Shown here piece after piece: positions 27,013 to 40,600 of a DNA stretch of 64,000 nucleotides. Source of the stretch: Bacteroidia bacterium (GTDB lineage: Bacteria; Bacteroidota; Bacteroidia; M30B66); the NCBI GenBank assembly GCA_965279035.1, contig OZ257142.1, positions 3,584,001 through 3,648,000 of the forward strand, written 5' to 3'. The position numbers and the translations under genes are program-made. Under the pieces are notes generated by a model. It was not told the origin of the DNA. It ran no database searches and was given only the letters and a program-made list of their open reading frames with translations. Position 1 is the first letter of the stretch. Each line of letters starts with the position of its first letter.

Positions 27013-28797
27013 ATGGGGAAATTCACAACTATCTACCTACTTTTCATTTTATTAGGATTTTTATCGTGTAATCAATCTCACACGAAAGAAAATTCCGTTC
27101 AGTCTTCTTTTCCCTCTATCGACAGCCTATTCAACATTTTAATTCAAGAAAAATGTACAAATCCAAAGCATACTTTTCTTCCCGATTCAATTGAAAGAAA
27201 GCTCCAATCCTTTATTCTAGAAAAGGAGTATTTCCTTCAACCTGAACAACAATTCAATATAGCTAGGAACTACTCCATTTGGTGTGGGAATGATAATTTA
27301 TCACTAGCATTTTCGGCCGAAATGTTTGGGATGGCATGTTACAATTCCCAACATACTGATTCTTCTATTTCTGCATTTAATAAATCGTTAGATCTCTATG
27401 TAACAATTAAAGATACAGCTGGTATTGCTCGTTCATATAGCATGCTGGGAACTACAGCCGAATTGAATAGTGAATTTTCGATTGCAATTAAGAATCAAAT
27501 AATCGCATTAGGACTCTTCGAACAACTTGGCGATTCTTCCGAAATGATGGATTGCAAAATTGAACTTGCCTACTTGCTTGGAAAAAGAGACAATGTCGTA
27601 TTTGCTGATAAACTCATGTATGATGCCGAGCGCTATTTCATGCATAAGAAGGATTCCATTCAACTTGCAGCACTTTACTATTCTCTCGCCGAAATTCATG
27701 GAGACATTAAAGACTACGAAAATGCCTCCACTTTTGCCCAAAAAAGTTTGGAATATCGATTAGCACTAAAAGACAGCCTAAACCTATCGATTTGTTATAA
27801 TTATTTAGGATATGTGAGTATGGCGAACCATGACTGGGAAAAAGCCATCAAAAACATTCAATTGGCAGAATACATTCGTAAAATTTTAGGTAATTATGAT
27901 GAGCCGGTCATCAAATACAATTTGGCCATTTGTTTGTCCAAAACAGGTAGATCAACCGAGGCAATTGATCTTTTATTAAAATCAATTCAACTTGCCGAAA
28001 ATGACCCTGAATACCTCAACACCAAATCATTAGCTCATTTAGTCCTTTCAGAAATTTATGATGAAAATGGGTATACACATGAAGCTCTTGATTACAGAAA
28101 AAGCTATGAAGTATTGAAAGATTCTCTCGATAAAAAAAATAATGATCTTCAATTCCACGAACTAAGTCTTCGATTTCAAAATATAGAAAAGGAAAAACAA
28201 TTTGAAGACTCAATTCATCAAAATGAACAAACCAAAAAATACAATTTGCTGCTAATCACAGCTGCAGGAATTATTATCATTCTACTCTTATTGTCATTGT
28301 ATTTAGTGAGGCAGAGAAATATCAAAAACGTAGAACTAAAAGAAGAACAACTTCAAAATATCCGTAAAGAATTAGAATTACGCCAAGAACAGTTAATCTC
28401 TTTTACACATCAACTTGCCGATAGATCGAGAATTATTCAAGAATTTGAATCCAATACACAAGGTGATAAATCGGTTCCTGTTGAACACGAAGATGAAGCT
28501 GCTTTTGAACAACTTCTTCAAATGAAGATTTTAACGGAGGAAGATTGGCGAGTATTCCGGATTCAATTTGAACAAGCATTCCCTGGAGTAATGCTCCGAC
28601 TTCATGCACGTTATCCTTTCTTAACTGGTGCTGAACAACGGATTTTTCTGCTTATTCGACTTTGTTCCGATACCAAAGAAATAGCTGACTTACTTGGAAT
28701 TTCTACCGAAAGTGTGCGTAAAGCCAAATATCGTTTGAAAAAGAAACTCGGTCTCGGTGAAAACGTTGCTATCGATGAATATATCCGAAAGTTCTAA
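27013..28797 (+). CDS. Paralogous TPR/TM/LuxR-like HTH regulator
   Basis: 'LGFLSC', TPR repeats, TM helix, 'LTGAEQRI...LLGISTESVRKAKYRLKKKL'. Confidence 0.82.
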   Translation: MGKFTTIYLLFILLGFLSCNQSHTKENSVQSSFPSIDSLFNILIQEKCTNPKHTFLPDSIERKLQSFILEKEYFLQPEQQFNIARNYSIWCGNDNLSLAFSAEMFGMACYNSQHTDSSISAFNKSLDLYVTIKDTAGIARSYSMLGTTAELNSEFSIAIKNQIIALGLFEQLGDSSEMMDCKIELAYLLGKRDNVVFADKLMYDAERYFMHKKDSIQLAALYYSLAEIHGDIKDYENASTFAQKSLEYRLALKDSLNLSICYNYLGYVSMANHDWEKAIKNIQLAEYIRKILGNYDEPVIKYNLAICLSKTGRSTEAIDLLLKSIQLAENDPEYLNTKSLAHLVLSEIYDENGYTHEALDYRKSYEVLKDSLDKKNNDLQFHELSLRFQNIEKEKQFEDSIHQNEQTKKYNLLLITAAGIIIILLLLSLYLVRQRNIKNVELKEEQLQNIRKELELRQEQLISFTHQLADRSRIIQEFESNTQGDKSVPVEHEDEAAFEQLLQMKILTEEDWRVFRIQFEQAFPGVMLRLHARYPFLTGAEQRIFLLIRLCSDTKEIADLLGISTESVRKAKYRLKKKLGLGENVAIDEYIRKF

Positions 28798-28869
28798 TCG
28801 TCCGAACTCATTCAATATAGAACTCAATTGAATTCTTATTCTACATAAACCAATCTCCTCGAATTCTGA

Positions 28870-29127
28870 TTAAGTAAGGATTGTTGATTTGAAAACCATA
28901 TCGATTTTCTCAGCCAAATGACGGTCCTTCTCAGTTATCGTATTTTCTTCGTCATGTGTTGAAAGGTAAATCTCAACTACATTGTACAAAATTCTAATTT
29001 CAGGATGGTGATTGACTCTCTCTGCTAGCAACGCTACTTTAGTGACAAATGCAAATGCCTCAATGAAATTCTTAAATTCAAATTCACGATGAAGTTGTCC
29101 TTCTGAGCTGTTCCACATAGTTTTCAT
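28870..29127 (-). CDS. phhB: Pterin-4-alpha-carbinolamine dehydratase
   Basis: 'FEFKNFIEAFAF', 'AERVNHHPE', 'LSTHD', 'ITEKD'. TAAATTTG box upstream at 29141-29148. Confidence 0.9.
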   Translation of the reverse strand: MKTMWNSSEGQLHREFEFKNFIEAFAFVTKVALLAERVNHHPEIRILYNVVEIYLSTHDEENTITEKDRHLAEKIDMVFKSTILT

Positions 29128-29193
29128 TTTAGCAAGTCGACAAATTTAGACCGATTAATGGTTTGTGCTTATCTTTAATAATTTTTAAGAAAA

Positions 29194-31149
29194 ATGTTTC
29201 GACTATTTCCTTTTTCTTTCTTACTAATCTTTATTTTATTTAGCCCACAAAGCCTATTTAATCAAGAACTTGTAAATTCAAAATGCAAGTCAATTTCTAC
29301 ACTAGAAAAAAAAGGATTTCACAAACAAAAATTTTCACAACAAGCTACGCTCGATGGAATTCATTTGGTTTATGCTAGAGCAGAATGGTCTGTAAATCCT
29401 GAACAAATCTTCATTGAAGGAACGATAACCTATTATTTTAGAGCAATTTCATCATCAAGTGATTCGCTGTTTCTTGATTTAAGTTCGAATCTTTGGGTAA
29501 ATGCAATTCTGCAAGAAGGAAATACTATTTCATACATTCATCAACAAAACAAATTAAAAATCAAGCTGCATCATCCTGCAACAGATGCAATTGACTCACT
29601 TAGCATTTCCTATTTGGGTTCTCCATCACTATCAGGATTTGGTTCTTTCACTTCGGGTTTAAGTCCAGATTCATTACCGTTTTTATGGACACTGTCGGAA
29701 CCATATGGAGCCGCAGATTGGTGGCCAACACGTTTATCATTAGGCGAAAAGCTAGATTCGCTCGATATGATCATTTTCACTCAATCTGGGTATATCGCTT
29801 CTGGAAATGGTGTTTTACAAAGCATTACTCCCGGACAAAATGGAAATTACCATCATTGGAAACATCGTCATCCCATTGCTCCTTACCTCATTGGCTTTGG
29901 AGTTGGACCCTATATTTCATTTACCGATTGGGTTCAACTTAAAAATCAATTGATGCCTGTAGTAAACTATGTGTATCCCGAAAATGAATCCCAGTGGCGA
30001 GCTGCATTGCCTTATGAAACTCGAATGCTTCAATTTTATGATAGCTTATTAATTCCTTATCCTTTCGCAGATGAGAAATATGGACATGTCCAATTTGGAT
30101 GGGGAGGAGGAATGGAACACCAAACGATGAGCTCTATGTCTGATCCAGGTGAAGGATTAATGGCACATGAACTTGCTCATCAATGGTTTGGAGATCATGT
30201 AACGTGTGGAAGCTGGAGTGATATCTGGTTAAATGAAGGGTTTGCGACCTATTGCACAGGCATGTATTTCGAACGCTTTATGCCACAAGACTTCAACCAA
30301 TGGAAACTTAATCAATTGAATGATATCTTACAAGAACCTGGTGGATCTGTCTATGTTTACGATACCTCGAATGTCAACAACATTTTCAATGGCCGATTAA
30401 GCTATGCGAAAGGCGCTATGGTGCTACACATGCTCCGAAAACGAATTGGAGATGATGCTTTTTTTAGAGGCTTAAGGAATTACCTCTCCGACCAAAAACT
30501 TGCAGGGAAAAGTGTAAAAACATCCAATCTGAAAGATCATATTCAACTTACATCCAATGAACATTTAGACGATTTCTTTAAATCTTGGATTTATCAAGAA
30601 GGATATCCAATCATTCAATTATCTCAACAGCGATTTCCCGATGGAATTGTCCAATTAACTATTAATCAACACTCTTCGATTGGAAATCAAGAACTTTTCC
30701 CTATCCAACTCCCCATTTCACTTTCTTGGAATGGAAACGATACTTTAATTCAAGTAAGAATCGACAATGCCCAAATCAACTATTGGATTCAGTTACCTAT
30801 CGATGAAGCCGATTCTCTCCAAATAAATGTCGATACTAACCACGATTTAATTGCTCGATTTGAAATCATTACAAAGTCACAAACAACAGAAAATCAATCA
30901 CCTCACATTTTTCCTAATCCAACTTATGGAGAAATTCGCCTCGCATATTCTCTTTCTGAAGGCTTACCAAAGGAAATTCACTTGTACAATTCAATAGGAC
31001 AGGAAATTCAGTTAACCCAAGCTCAAATTAATTCCGAAGGATTTGTATTACTAAAACCCGAAATGCCCGTTAGTGATGGAGTTTATTACTTTTATTATCG
31101 TTTAAATTCAAAATCATATCAAGAGAAAATTATGTTTCTATCTGAATAA
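29194..31149 (+). CDS. M1-family zinc aminopeptidase with a T9SS type A sorting domain
   Basis: 'GGMEHQ', 'AHELAHQWFG', 'WLNEGFATY', 'YAKGA', C-terminal 'IFPNPT...GVYY'. Confidence 0.92.
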   Translation: MFRLFPFSFLLIFILFSPQSLFNQELVNSKCKSISTLEKKGFHKQKFSQQATLDGIHLVYARAEWSVNPEQIFIEGTITYYFRAISSSSDSLFLDLSSNLWVNAILQEGNTISYIHQQNKLKIKLHHPATDAIDSLSISYLGSPSLSGFGSFTSGLSPDSLPFLWTLSEPYGAADWWPTRLSLGEKLDSLDMIIFTQSGYIASGNGVLQSITPGQNGNYHHWKHRHPIAPYLIGFGVGPYISFTDWVQLKNQLMPVVNYVYPENESQWRAALPYETRMLQFYDSLLIPYPFADEKYGHVQFGWGGGMEHQTMSSMSDPGEGLMAHELAHQWFGDHVTCGSWSDIWLNEGFATYCTGMYFERFMPQDFNQWKLNQLNDILQEPGGSVYVYDTSNVNNIFNGRLSYAKGAMVLHMLRKRIGDDAFFRGLRNYLSDQKLAGKSVKTSNLKDHIQLTSNEHLDDFFKSWIYQEGYPIIQLSQQRFPDGIVQLTINQHSSIGNQELFPIQLPISLSWNGNDTLIQVRIDNAQINYWIQLPIDEADSLQINVDTNHDLIARFEIITKSQTTENQSPHIFPNPTYGEIRLAYSLSEGLPKEIHLYNSIGQEIQLTQAQINSEGFVLLKPEMPVSDGVYYFYYRLNSKSYQEKIMFLSE

Positions 31150-31639
31150 GGGTTATTTAACCCCCATAATTTTTAACATTTATTAATTTCGATGTAAGAT
31201 TTTTTAGTATTTTTGCGAATTAATAGCATGCAAAGATGGCTAAAGTCGGTTTTATTTCTAAAAAAATAACACGCAGTGAAAAAGCAATTAATCTATTGCG
31301 CTTCAAGTCATTACGCACTTTATTGCAATCTGATTTTAGACTTTTCTCACTAGACAACAATTCAACTAAACAGCATGTAACATTTGACATGTTTTCGAGC
31401 TTCTGTTTATTGAGTCCTACTATCCTTACTGTAAGAATAGTTTCTTTCATAACCTTTGAATGCAATGTTCGTTTAGTGGACTTGTTTAAAACAAGTTATA
31501 TTGAAAGATGTTACAATCACTTTTTAAGAAACAACCTGGAAAAAGTTCCAGTTTAATCAAAGCTCCTTTAATCAAGTCTTTGCTCGAAGCACTTGATTTT
31601 GGTTGCAATACACAAATAGCATTAACCAACCCTAACCCC

Positions 31640-34600
31640 ATGAAAACAAGCTCTACAACCTATAGTCCGGGCTTTACCTGTAAACCTTTCGGGTTTCTTC
31701 TGATATCCTTTCTTCTTTTAATGGGATGGTCAGCTCAAGCTCAGGTAGTAAAAACCTCAACAACTGCATCTAATTGGAGTACTGTTACATGGTCACCTGC
31801 TGGTGCTCCTGCTGCAATTGATGATGCAATTATTGCTACCAACGTAACGGTTAACCAAAACGTAACGGTAACCAATTTGACTATTAATGCGGGAAGCACC
31901 TTGACCATGTCGGGAGCTTTTACATTAACTGTTACTGGTGCTTTAAACGTAAATGGAACCTTAGCAGGAGGAGCTGGTACTGGGCTTATTGCTGTTACTG
32001 GCAATACGATCTTATCAGGTACTGGAGCTATCAACCTTGCAGCTGGAAGTTTCACTTCATCAGGAACGACTACGCTCAATGGAACTTCTACAATTACAGA
32101 TAACAATAACACCGGAACAAACACTTTCACAGGCTTGCTCACTGTAAATACTGGAACAAACTTCTCTACAGCAAACAACTCTGCGTATGTTTTTAGTGGA
32201 GGTATTTCAAATGCTGGAACTTTCAGTAAAACTGGAACAGGTGCTGTTACAATGAATAATACCATCACTGTTGGTGGAACATCAGCAATTACTATTGCAG
32301 GTGCTGTAACAATGAATGGAGCTACTACAATAAACAATACAGCTACAACTACTTTCTCAGGTGCTGTAACAGCAAGTTCAACCCTTACTTTGAACAGTGC
32401 TGGAGCGACTAATTTCTCAACAACACTTGCTTCAACTGGATTAGTGACCCTTTCTGGTTTAGGAATAACAACCGTTACAGGTACTTCAACTTTTACTGGT
32501 GGCGCAACAACTTCTACTAGCACATCAACAGTATTAACTGGAAATGTGACAGTTGGGTCAGCTCAAACGTTAACGAATAACGGAACAGTTAATATTGCTG
32601 GTACATTAAACGGAGCAGCAGGGACTTCTATTTGGGTGAATGCGGCAAATTCAACTTTGATTTATTCGAATGCGGCTGCTCCAATGGCAACCGGAACATT
32701 AACAGCAACAGCTTCTGGCAATACCGTTAATTACAGTACCGGAGCACAAACAATCAAAGGAACTAGCTACGATATTCTAACTTTAGGTGGAGCATCAGTT
32801 ACCAAAACTTTAAATGGAATTACTTCAGTTGCTACAACTTTAACTATTCCGGCAACTATCACTTTATCAAATTCAACATTTGCTTTAACTGTTCCAACAA
32901 TTACTGTAAATGGAATTTTATCTCTTGGCTCTGGAAGCTTCACAGCCTCTGGAGTGATAACAAATCCAGGATCAATAACAATTGGAGCTGGAAACTTCAC
33001 TGCTTCTAGCACAATTTCAAATAGCGGAACATTCAGTGATGCTAGCGCTACAGGAACAAATATTATTACTGGTTTATTCACCAATACAGGAACATTTTCT
33101 ACAACGAATAATCCGGCATTTGAATTCCAAGGTGGAATAACAAACAATGGTACAATGACAGCTACCGGAACAGGTACCTATTCATTCACTACCAATGCTC
33201 AAACAATCAGCGGAACAAATCCAATAACATTTGGAGGCGGATTTACTGTTACAGCCCCAGGTTCAGTCATCTTTGCTGGTGCTGGCGCAGTTACAATCAC
33301 AGGTGCAACAACAGCAAATGGAACGATCACTCTCAATAGCGGTTGTTCAATTACACATACTGGTAATGTGACTATTGGAAACGGAATCACATACAATGAT
33401 AACGGAAACGCAACCATTGCTGGTACAATGAATGGAACCAATGCTGGCTCAACTTTTTTGATTGGAGCTGGAATAACATTCTCCTATGCCAATGCTACTG
33501 CACCAATGGTTACTGGATCAGTTAACGCTTCGGCTGCAGGAACAACTTTTAATTATTCGGGTGCAAATCAAAGTATCAGTGCTGGAACTTATAACAACCT
33601 TGTTTTAAGTGGATCAGGTACTAAAACTCTAGTTGGAAACGTAACAGTGCTTAGTGCTCTCACAGTTCCAGCAACATTTACTCTTGCTAATAGCACTTTT
33701 TCTTTAACTGTTCCTAGTATTACCGTAAACGGAACTTTAACTCTTGGTTCTGGAAGTTTTACTTCAACAGGTGCTATTACAAACACTGGAACTATAACAA
33801 TTAGCACTGGTAATTTCACAGCTTCAAGTACTATTTCAAATAGCGGAACTTTTAGTGATGTGAATGGTCCTGGGACTAATATCATAACTGGTCTCTTTAC
33901 TAATACAGGTATTTTCACAACAAGCAATAATCCACCGTTTGAATTCCAAGGAGGGATCACAAACAATGGTACAATGACAGCTACCGGAACGGGTACCTAT
34001 TCATTTACTACCAATGCTCAAACAATCAGTGGAACAAATCCAATCACATTTGGTGGTGGATTTACGGTTACTGCTCCAGGTTCAGTCATTTTTGCTGGTG
34101 CTGGTAATGTTACCATCACAGGTGTAACAACAGTTAATGGTACAATCACGCTCAATAGCGGTTGTTCAATCACACATACTGGTGCTGTTACTATTGGCAA
34201 CGGAATTACATACAACGACAATGGGAATGCAACCATTGCAGGAACGTTAAACGGAACAAATGCGGGATCAACTTTCTTAATCGGTCCGGGATTAACATTC
34301 TCTTATTCCAATGCAACAGCTCCAATGGCTATCGGATTTGTTGATGCTTCAGCAGCTGGAACAACCTTTAATTATTCAGGGGCTGCTCAAAATATCAGCG
34401 CTGGAACATACAATAACCTTGTTTTAAGTGGATCAGGTGTCAAAACTTTGGTAGGAAACGTAACTGTTCTTAGTGCTTTAACAGTACCTGCAACGTTTAC
34501 ACTTGCAAACAGTACATTTTCATTAACTGTTCCAAGTATAACAGTTAATGGAACATTATCACTTGGAGCAGGAAGTTTCACTTCGAATGGTGCCATTACA

Positions 34601-37600
34601 AACACAGGTGCTATTACAATTGGTGCTGGTAACTTCACAGCTTCTAGCACAATTAGTAATAGCGGCACATTCAGTGATGCAGCCGCCGCTGGAACCAATA
34701 TTATTACTGGTCTCTTTACCAATACAGGAACATTTTCAAATACCAATAATCCTCCATTCGAATTCCAAGGAGGAATCACAAACAATGGTACAATGACAGC
34801 TACCGGAACAGGTAACTATTCATTCACTACCAATGCTCAAACCATTAGCGGTACAAATCCAATCACATTTGGTGGTGGATTTACAGTTACTGCTCCAGGT
34901 TCAGTCATTTTTGCTGGTGCTGGTGCGGTTACCATTACTGGAGCAACAACTGTTAATGGAACGATCACGCTAAACAGCGGTTGTTCAATCACTCATACTG
35001 GTAATGTGACAATTGGTAATGGAATCACATACAATGACAATGGGAATGCAACCATTGCAGGAACCTTAAACGGAACCAATGCAGGTTCAACCTTCTTAAT
35101 TGGTCCGGGATTAACATTCTCCTATTCCAATGCAACAGCTCCAATGGCTATCGGATTTGTTGATGCTTCGGCTGCTGGAACAACCTTTAATTATTCAGGG
35201 GCTGCACAAAATATCAGTGCTGGAACATATAACAACCTTGTTTTAAGTGGATCAGCTACTAAAACGCTTATAGGTAATATAACTGTAAACAGCGCTTTTA
35301 TAATCCCAGTTGGTATTACTTTCAATAGTGCTGGCTTTGATTTTACTTGTAATAGTACCGTTTCTGTATTAGGTACATATAACGACAATGCACTTGCAGG
35401 TACAAATACAATTGTTGGCTTACTTACCAATACTGGAACTCTTAACAATTCAGGAAATTCACCATTTGAACTCCGTAACGGCTTAACAAACAATGGTACC
35501 TTCACTCCTGGAACTGGGGCATTCTTGTTTTCTACAAACAATCAAATTATTTCTGGAACGAATGCAATCACTTTTGGTGGTTCCGTTTCTATTGGAGATA
35601 ATGTTCAGCTGACCAATAACAGTACATTATTAACGATAAATGGTGTATTAACTGGTTTATCGGCAACAGCATTTTTTAAAGCGGGTACAAGTTCCGTTTT
35701 AACATATGGTAATAATACATCACCAATGTCGGGTGGTGTTTTGGATGCTACGGCTTCTCCCAATACGTTTGTTTATTCATCTACAAGTGGGACTCAAAGT
35801 ATTAAAGAAACAACATACCATCATTTGAGTTTTACAGGAGGTGCGACTCACTCTGTCCCTAATATTACTGTCAATGGGAATTTTACTCGCACTACATCAC
35901 CTATTTCTTCTCCCAACTTTACTTGGACTTTTGAAACATCCAATGCTTCAACTATCAACTTAAATGGATCAGGTATTTCTCTTCCTAATATTGTGATAAA
36001 CAAAGCAGGAGGTTCAATTACATTCGTTCCATCAGCAGCTGCTCAAAGTAATACACTACTCAGTTTAACTGTAGGAGCTGGTTCATTTATTTTAGGAAAT
36101 GCTTTTGCAACCACACTAACCATAACTGAAAATCTATCTGGATTAGGAACATTGGATATGTCTACTATCGCAGGACATGTTCTCAACCTTGGTGGTCAAA
36201 CAAATTCTATTCAAACGTTCTTAACTCCTGCAGGTTCAGGTAGTGCGACCGTTAATTATACTCGTGTAAACGATCAAACAATTTTTGCGAGTGTAAACTA
36301 CCGGAATTTAGGAATTACCGGAAATGGTGATAAAACATTGAATGGTCCTGTATTCGTCGATGGAACATTAACAATGTCGGCTAATACTGGTCGAATTGTT
36401 TTAGGTTCATCTAATTTGAAGTTAAAATCTACTTCAACCATTGTTCCTACTGGTTTAGGCTTTAGTGGAACAAAAATGATCGTTACTGATGGAGCAGGTT
36501 CACTTTTGAAAGAAGCTTCAACTGTTCCTCAAATTTCTGGTTTCATTTTCCCAATTGGATCTAACGGAAATTACAATCCATTTCAAATAACAACATTAAC
36601 AGGTACTGTAACACCTATAGGATATGTCTCTGTTAGAGCAGTTCCTCTTCAACAACCAAATGTCCCTTATTATAACAACTCCCTCATAAAATATTGGGAT
36701 GTTCAAACAGCAAACATTGCTATTACTTCTGCCAGCATATCATACTTATATGTTAATAACGCTTCTGAAGTAATTGGCTCCAATGCACTTTATGTTCCTC
36801 GAGTTTGGAACGGAACTTCTTTAGTCGCTCCAGCAGGTGCTTCAGGTGGTGCTACAAACCCAATGACTAGTGTTGGAACGACTTTCTTAGCTGGACAATG
36901 GACTGGTGTTGACCCAACAATTCGTACAACTTTATACTCTTATCAATCGGGCGATTGGGCAAACCTCAACACGTGGACAACCGATCCATCTGGTTCAACA
37001 CTCGTTACTTCAATTATTCCAGGAGCTGGAGACCAAGTAGTAATCCTAAATGGTCGTACTGTTACCACAGCTATTGCAAGAACAGTTGGTTCAGTATTTA
37101 TCGAATCAGGTGCTACACTAGATTTGGGAACAACAACTGGTCATAATTTAGGAACTGTTGATGGACAAGGATTGCTTCGATTATCTTCTGTTAACTATCC
37201 TGGTGGTTCATTTACTCCATTTGTTTCAAGTACAGGTGGAACAATTGAATACTATGACCTTCCTGCTGGAGCGAATATTTTACCTAGTCTTCCTGCAACA
37301 GTTAATACTTACAATAATTTAATAGTAAGTAACTCTACTGCTAGTTCTTATTCTTTGAATCAAAATTCAACCATTATCATCAATGGGAATCTTTCACTTC
37401 TCAAATCAGGAAGTGGAACAACAACTTACAATTTAGGAAGTGCTGCAGGTAGTTTCACAACAACCGTTTCTAAAAATGTTACCATTGCACCTGCTTGTAC
37501 TTTAGGTGTGAGCAGCTATAATGCCGCACATACGTTAAATATCTATGGAAACTTAGATGTTTCGGGTAGAATCGATTTACAAAATGGTGCTCCTTATACA

Positions 37601-40600
37601 GTTCCAGTAAATGGTAGAGCAACGTTGAACTTTTTTGGAAGTGTTACCAATACTACTGCTACGTTTAATGCATCATCGCAGGCTGATCTTTACGATGTTA
37701 CTACTACCAAAAACGAAGGATTCGAATTATTAGTTAGCGCTTCACCTTCTTCAACAGTTGGTTTTAATGGTGGTGGAATTACGATTATTCCAAATTCTGG
37801 AATACTCCATTTAGGTCCGAACATCACAATTCCTTCTTTAGGAAATGTTGGAAATTACGATTTAGGTGGTCCTGGTGTTCTTCCAGTATTTTGGATTGAT
37901 GGCGCAAACGTTACCGATGGCGGAGTTAGTGGTGCCATTGTACCTTACGGTACTATGAAAATAACTGCTGGTAGTCTTACTTGTGTGAATGGTCAAGGTG
38001 CTGTTGTTCTTCGTGAATCTGGTTTATTACAGATCGATGGTGGTACTGTTCAAATGAAAATTTTCAGAACTTCTACTACAGCTGTTACACATCGTGGTTC
38101 ATTTGTAATGACTGGTGGATCATTGAATATCACTGGTAATAATGGTTCTGAAAGTTCATTTTATGCAAGCTTTACTTTGCCTTATCCAGAAAATGTATTT
38201 CAAATGAGTGGTGGTACAATTACCATTACCCGAACTGTTGGAGGAACTATCACTCCACGTGGAGGAATTTTAATTGCTTCTAATGCTCAGAATTACCTTG
38301 TAACTGGAGGAAAAGTGATTGTCAATGTATCTGGAAATCAGTTTTTCGATATTACATCTACTGCTCCATTTTATGATATGGATATTTCCAAAACAGTTGC
38401 TGGTACTGGAAATGTTCAGTTAAACCCAATAAGTTGGTCTTATGATGGTTCTGCAGGTAATACTGCAGTTGTTCCTGCTCAACCACTCCGCATCCTTAAC
38501 AATCTAAACTTCAATACTGCAATAGCAGTTGGATTCCTTGGAAATAACAATAACATTGAAGTTGGCGGTAATTTAACCGTTAATAATATTACAACACTTT
38601 CCACTGGAACAGGCTTATTGGTTTTCAATGGGAATGCTGCTCAAACTTTCACAATGAGTGGTATTATTGGTGTTCCGGGACTTGGTGGGCTTACAGTAAG
38701 TAAAGGCTCTGCTACTTCCTTATTAATTGCAGGAACAATTACCAATATCCCATTCTCAGGTGGATTGAATCTATTAAGTGGAACACTTGCCGACGGAGGA
38801 AAAGGGCTATTATTTGGTGGAAATGTGATTAATAATTCCTTGCATATTGGCGCTGGTCGCATTGTGCTAAACGGAACTTCAGCTCAAACAATTAGTAGTA
38901 ACGGAACTGGAGCATTCCAAAATCTTGAAATAGCTAGTACAGCTGGAGCAATTGGCTCTGTTCAAGTATCTGCAACAAACACGCTTCGTGTTAATGGAAA
39001 TATCACGCTTTCAACTGATAGAAAATTAAGCATTGGTATCTATAAATTAATCCTAACAGGAACATCTCAAATGTTATCGACTGCAGGATCATTTAGTATC
39101 AATCGCTTTATTCAAACAGATGGTTTCCTTTCTGACGGTGGTATTGTTAAAACGTTCTCTAATACAACTGCTGTTGTTTTCCCTTTCGGAACTGGAACAA
39201 ACTACACACCTGCAACAATCCAATTTAGTTCTGCTCCAACAACTTGGGGTACTTTGGACGTACGCCCTGTAACTGCTCGCCAGTTATATGTAACCGATCC
39301 TAATACATTTATCTATCATTGGAAAGTTCGTCAAACAGGATTTACTGGTGTTCCAGCTAACTCCATAAACTTGACTTTCAATTATGGAAATCTAACAGAT
39401 AATGCAGCATATATTCCTGCATTCTACGATTATCAAGCTATCGCTTACACACCAATTAATGATGTAACGAAAGTGGATGAAGTAACTAACAACATCTATT
39501 TTACAGGTGTAAGTTATTTCAACGGTGATTTTACTGCAGGTATTCCAGCAGCATTTGGTGTAGTAGTTCCTTACTACAGTCGCGCCAATGGATCTTGGAA
39601 CACTCCTTCAACTTGGTCGAATAATGCTATTTTGAAACATGCTGGAGCTGCATCTTTAACAATCCCTAGTTCGAATTCTCCAGTATTTATTGGAGATGGT
39701 ACAACCTATTTCCACACTGTAACAGTTCCTTCAAACAATACAGTTTCTGGTTCTCTTATCGTGGATGCCGGTTCTATTTTGGATTTAGGATCAACAACAG
39801 GAAATAACTTTGGTGCCTTACCATATTCAACAGCTGGTGGTGCTGGTAGGATTCGTATTTCTTCTGCAACTCCAACTGCCGAATTCCCTGCAGGTGACTT
39901 TGGAATTTTCTTTACTGTAGATGGTGGTACAACAGAATATTACTCAGGAGCAACAGCTTTTACGATTCCAATAATAAGTGCTGCTCCTACGAATATGCAA
40001 ATTCGTTCTTATCGGAACTTAATTCTTAATCCTTCGGTAAGTAGTTCGGTAACTCTACCTAATAGAGATTTAGAAGTATATGAAAATGTAACAATTAATG
40101 GTAATGCCGCTGGAATTGCAGCTTTGAATGATGTTTCATCGAAAGCGCTTACCATACACGGTAACCTTGATATTACTAGTGGTAATTTCCGTTTTGGTTC
40201 AGCTTTTTCTCAAAGTGCTTTGATTGAAGGAAATTTAACGGTTAGCACGAATGGTACTATGTCCGTTTTAAATGCTGGCTCTGCTGCTCATAGCATCAAT
40301 CTACTCGGTAATTTAACAAACAATGGTACTGTAAATCTGAATCAAGCGAGTGATGTAAATATCAGCTTTACAGGAATAAACAGTCGATCTATTACTGGAA
40401 CCAATGCTGCTGCAACTACTTCCTTAAGTCAAATTACAATCAATAAAGGGACTTCAAATGCAATTCTCGTAAATGTTGATGTCCTTGGTACCTTAATTAC
40501 GCCAACCAACAATTGGTTAAACTTGGTAAATGGTACGTTCAGATTATCGAAAGCGGCAACTATTACTTTAACTGATGCTGCTGGTGCAGATTTCATTATT

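Noticed and set aside
31220-31556. Short ORFs (81 aa minus, 106 aa plus) upstream of the giant gene
   Set aside because: They overlap each other, show no recognisable motifs and are plausible chance ORFs.
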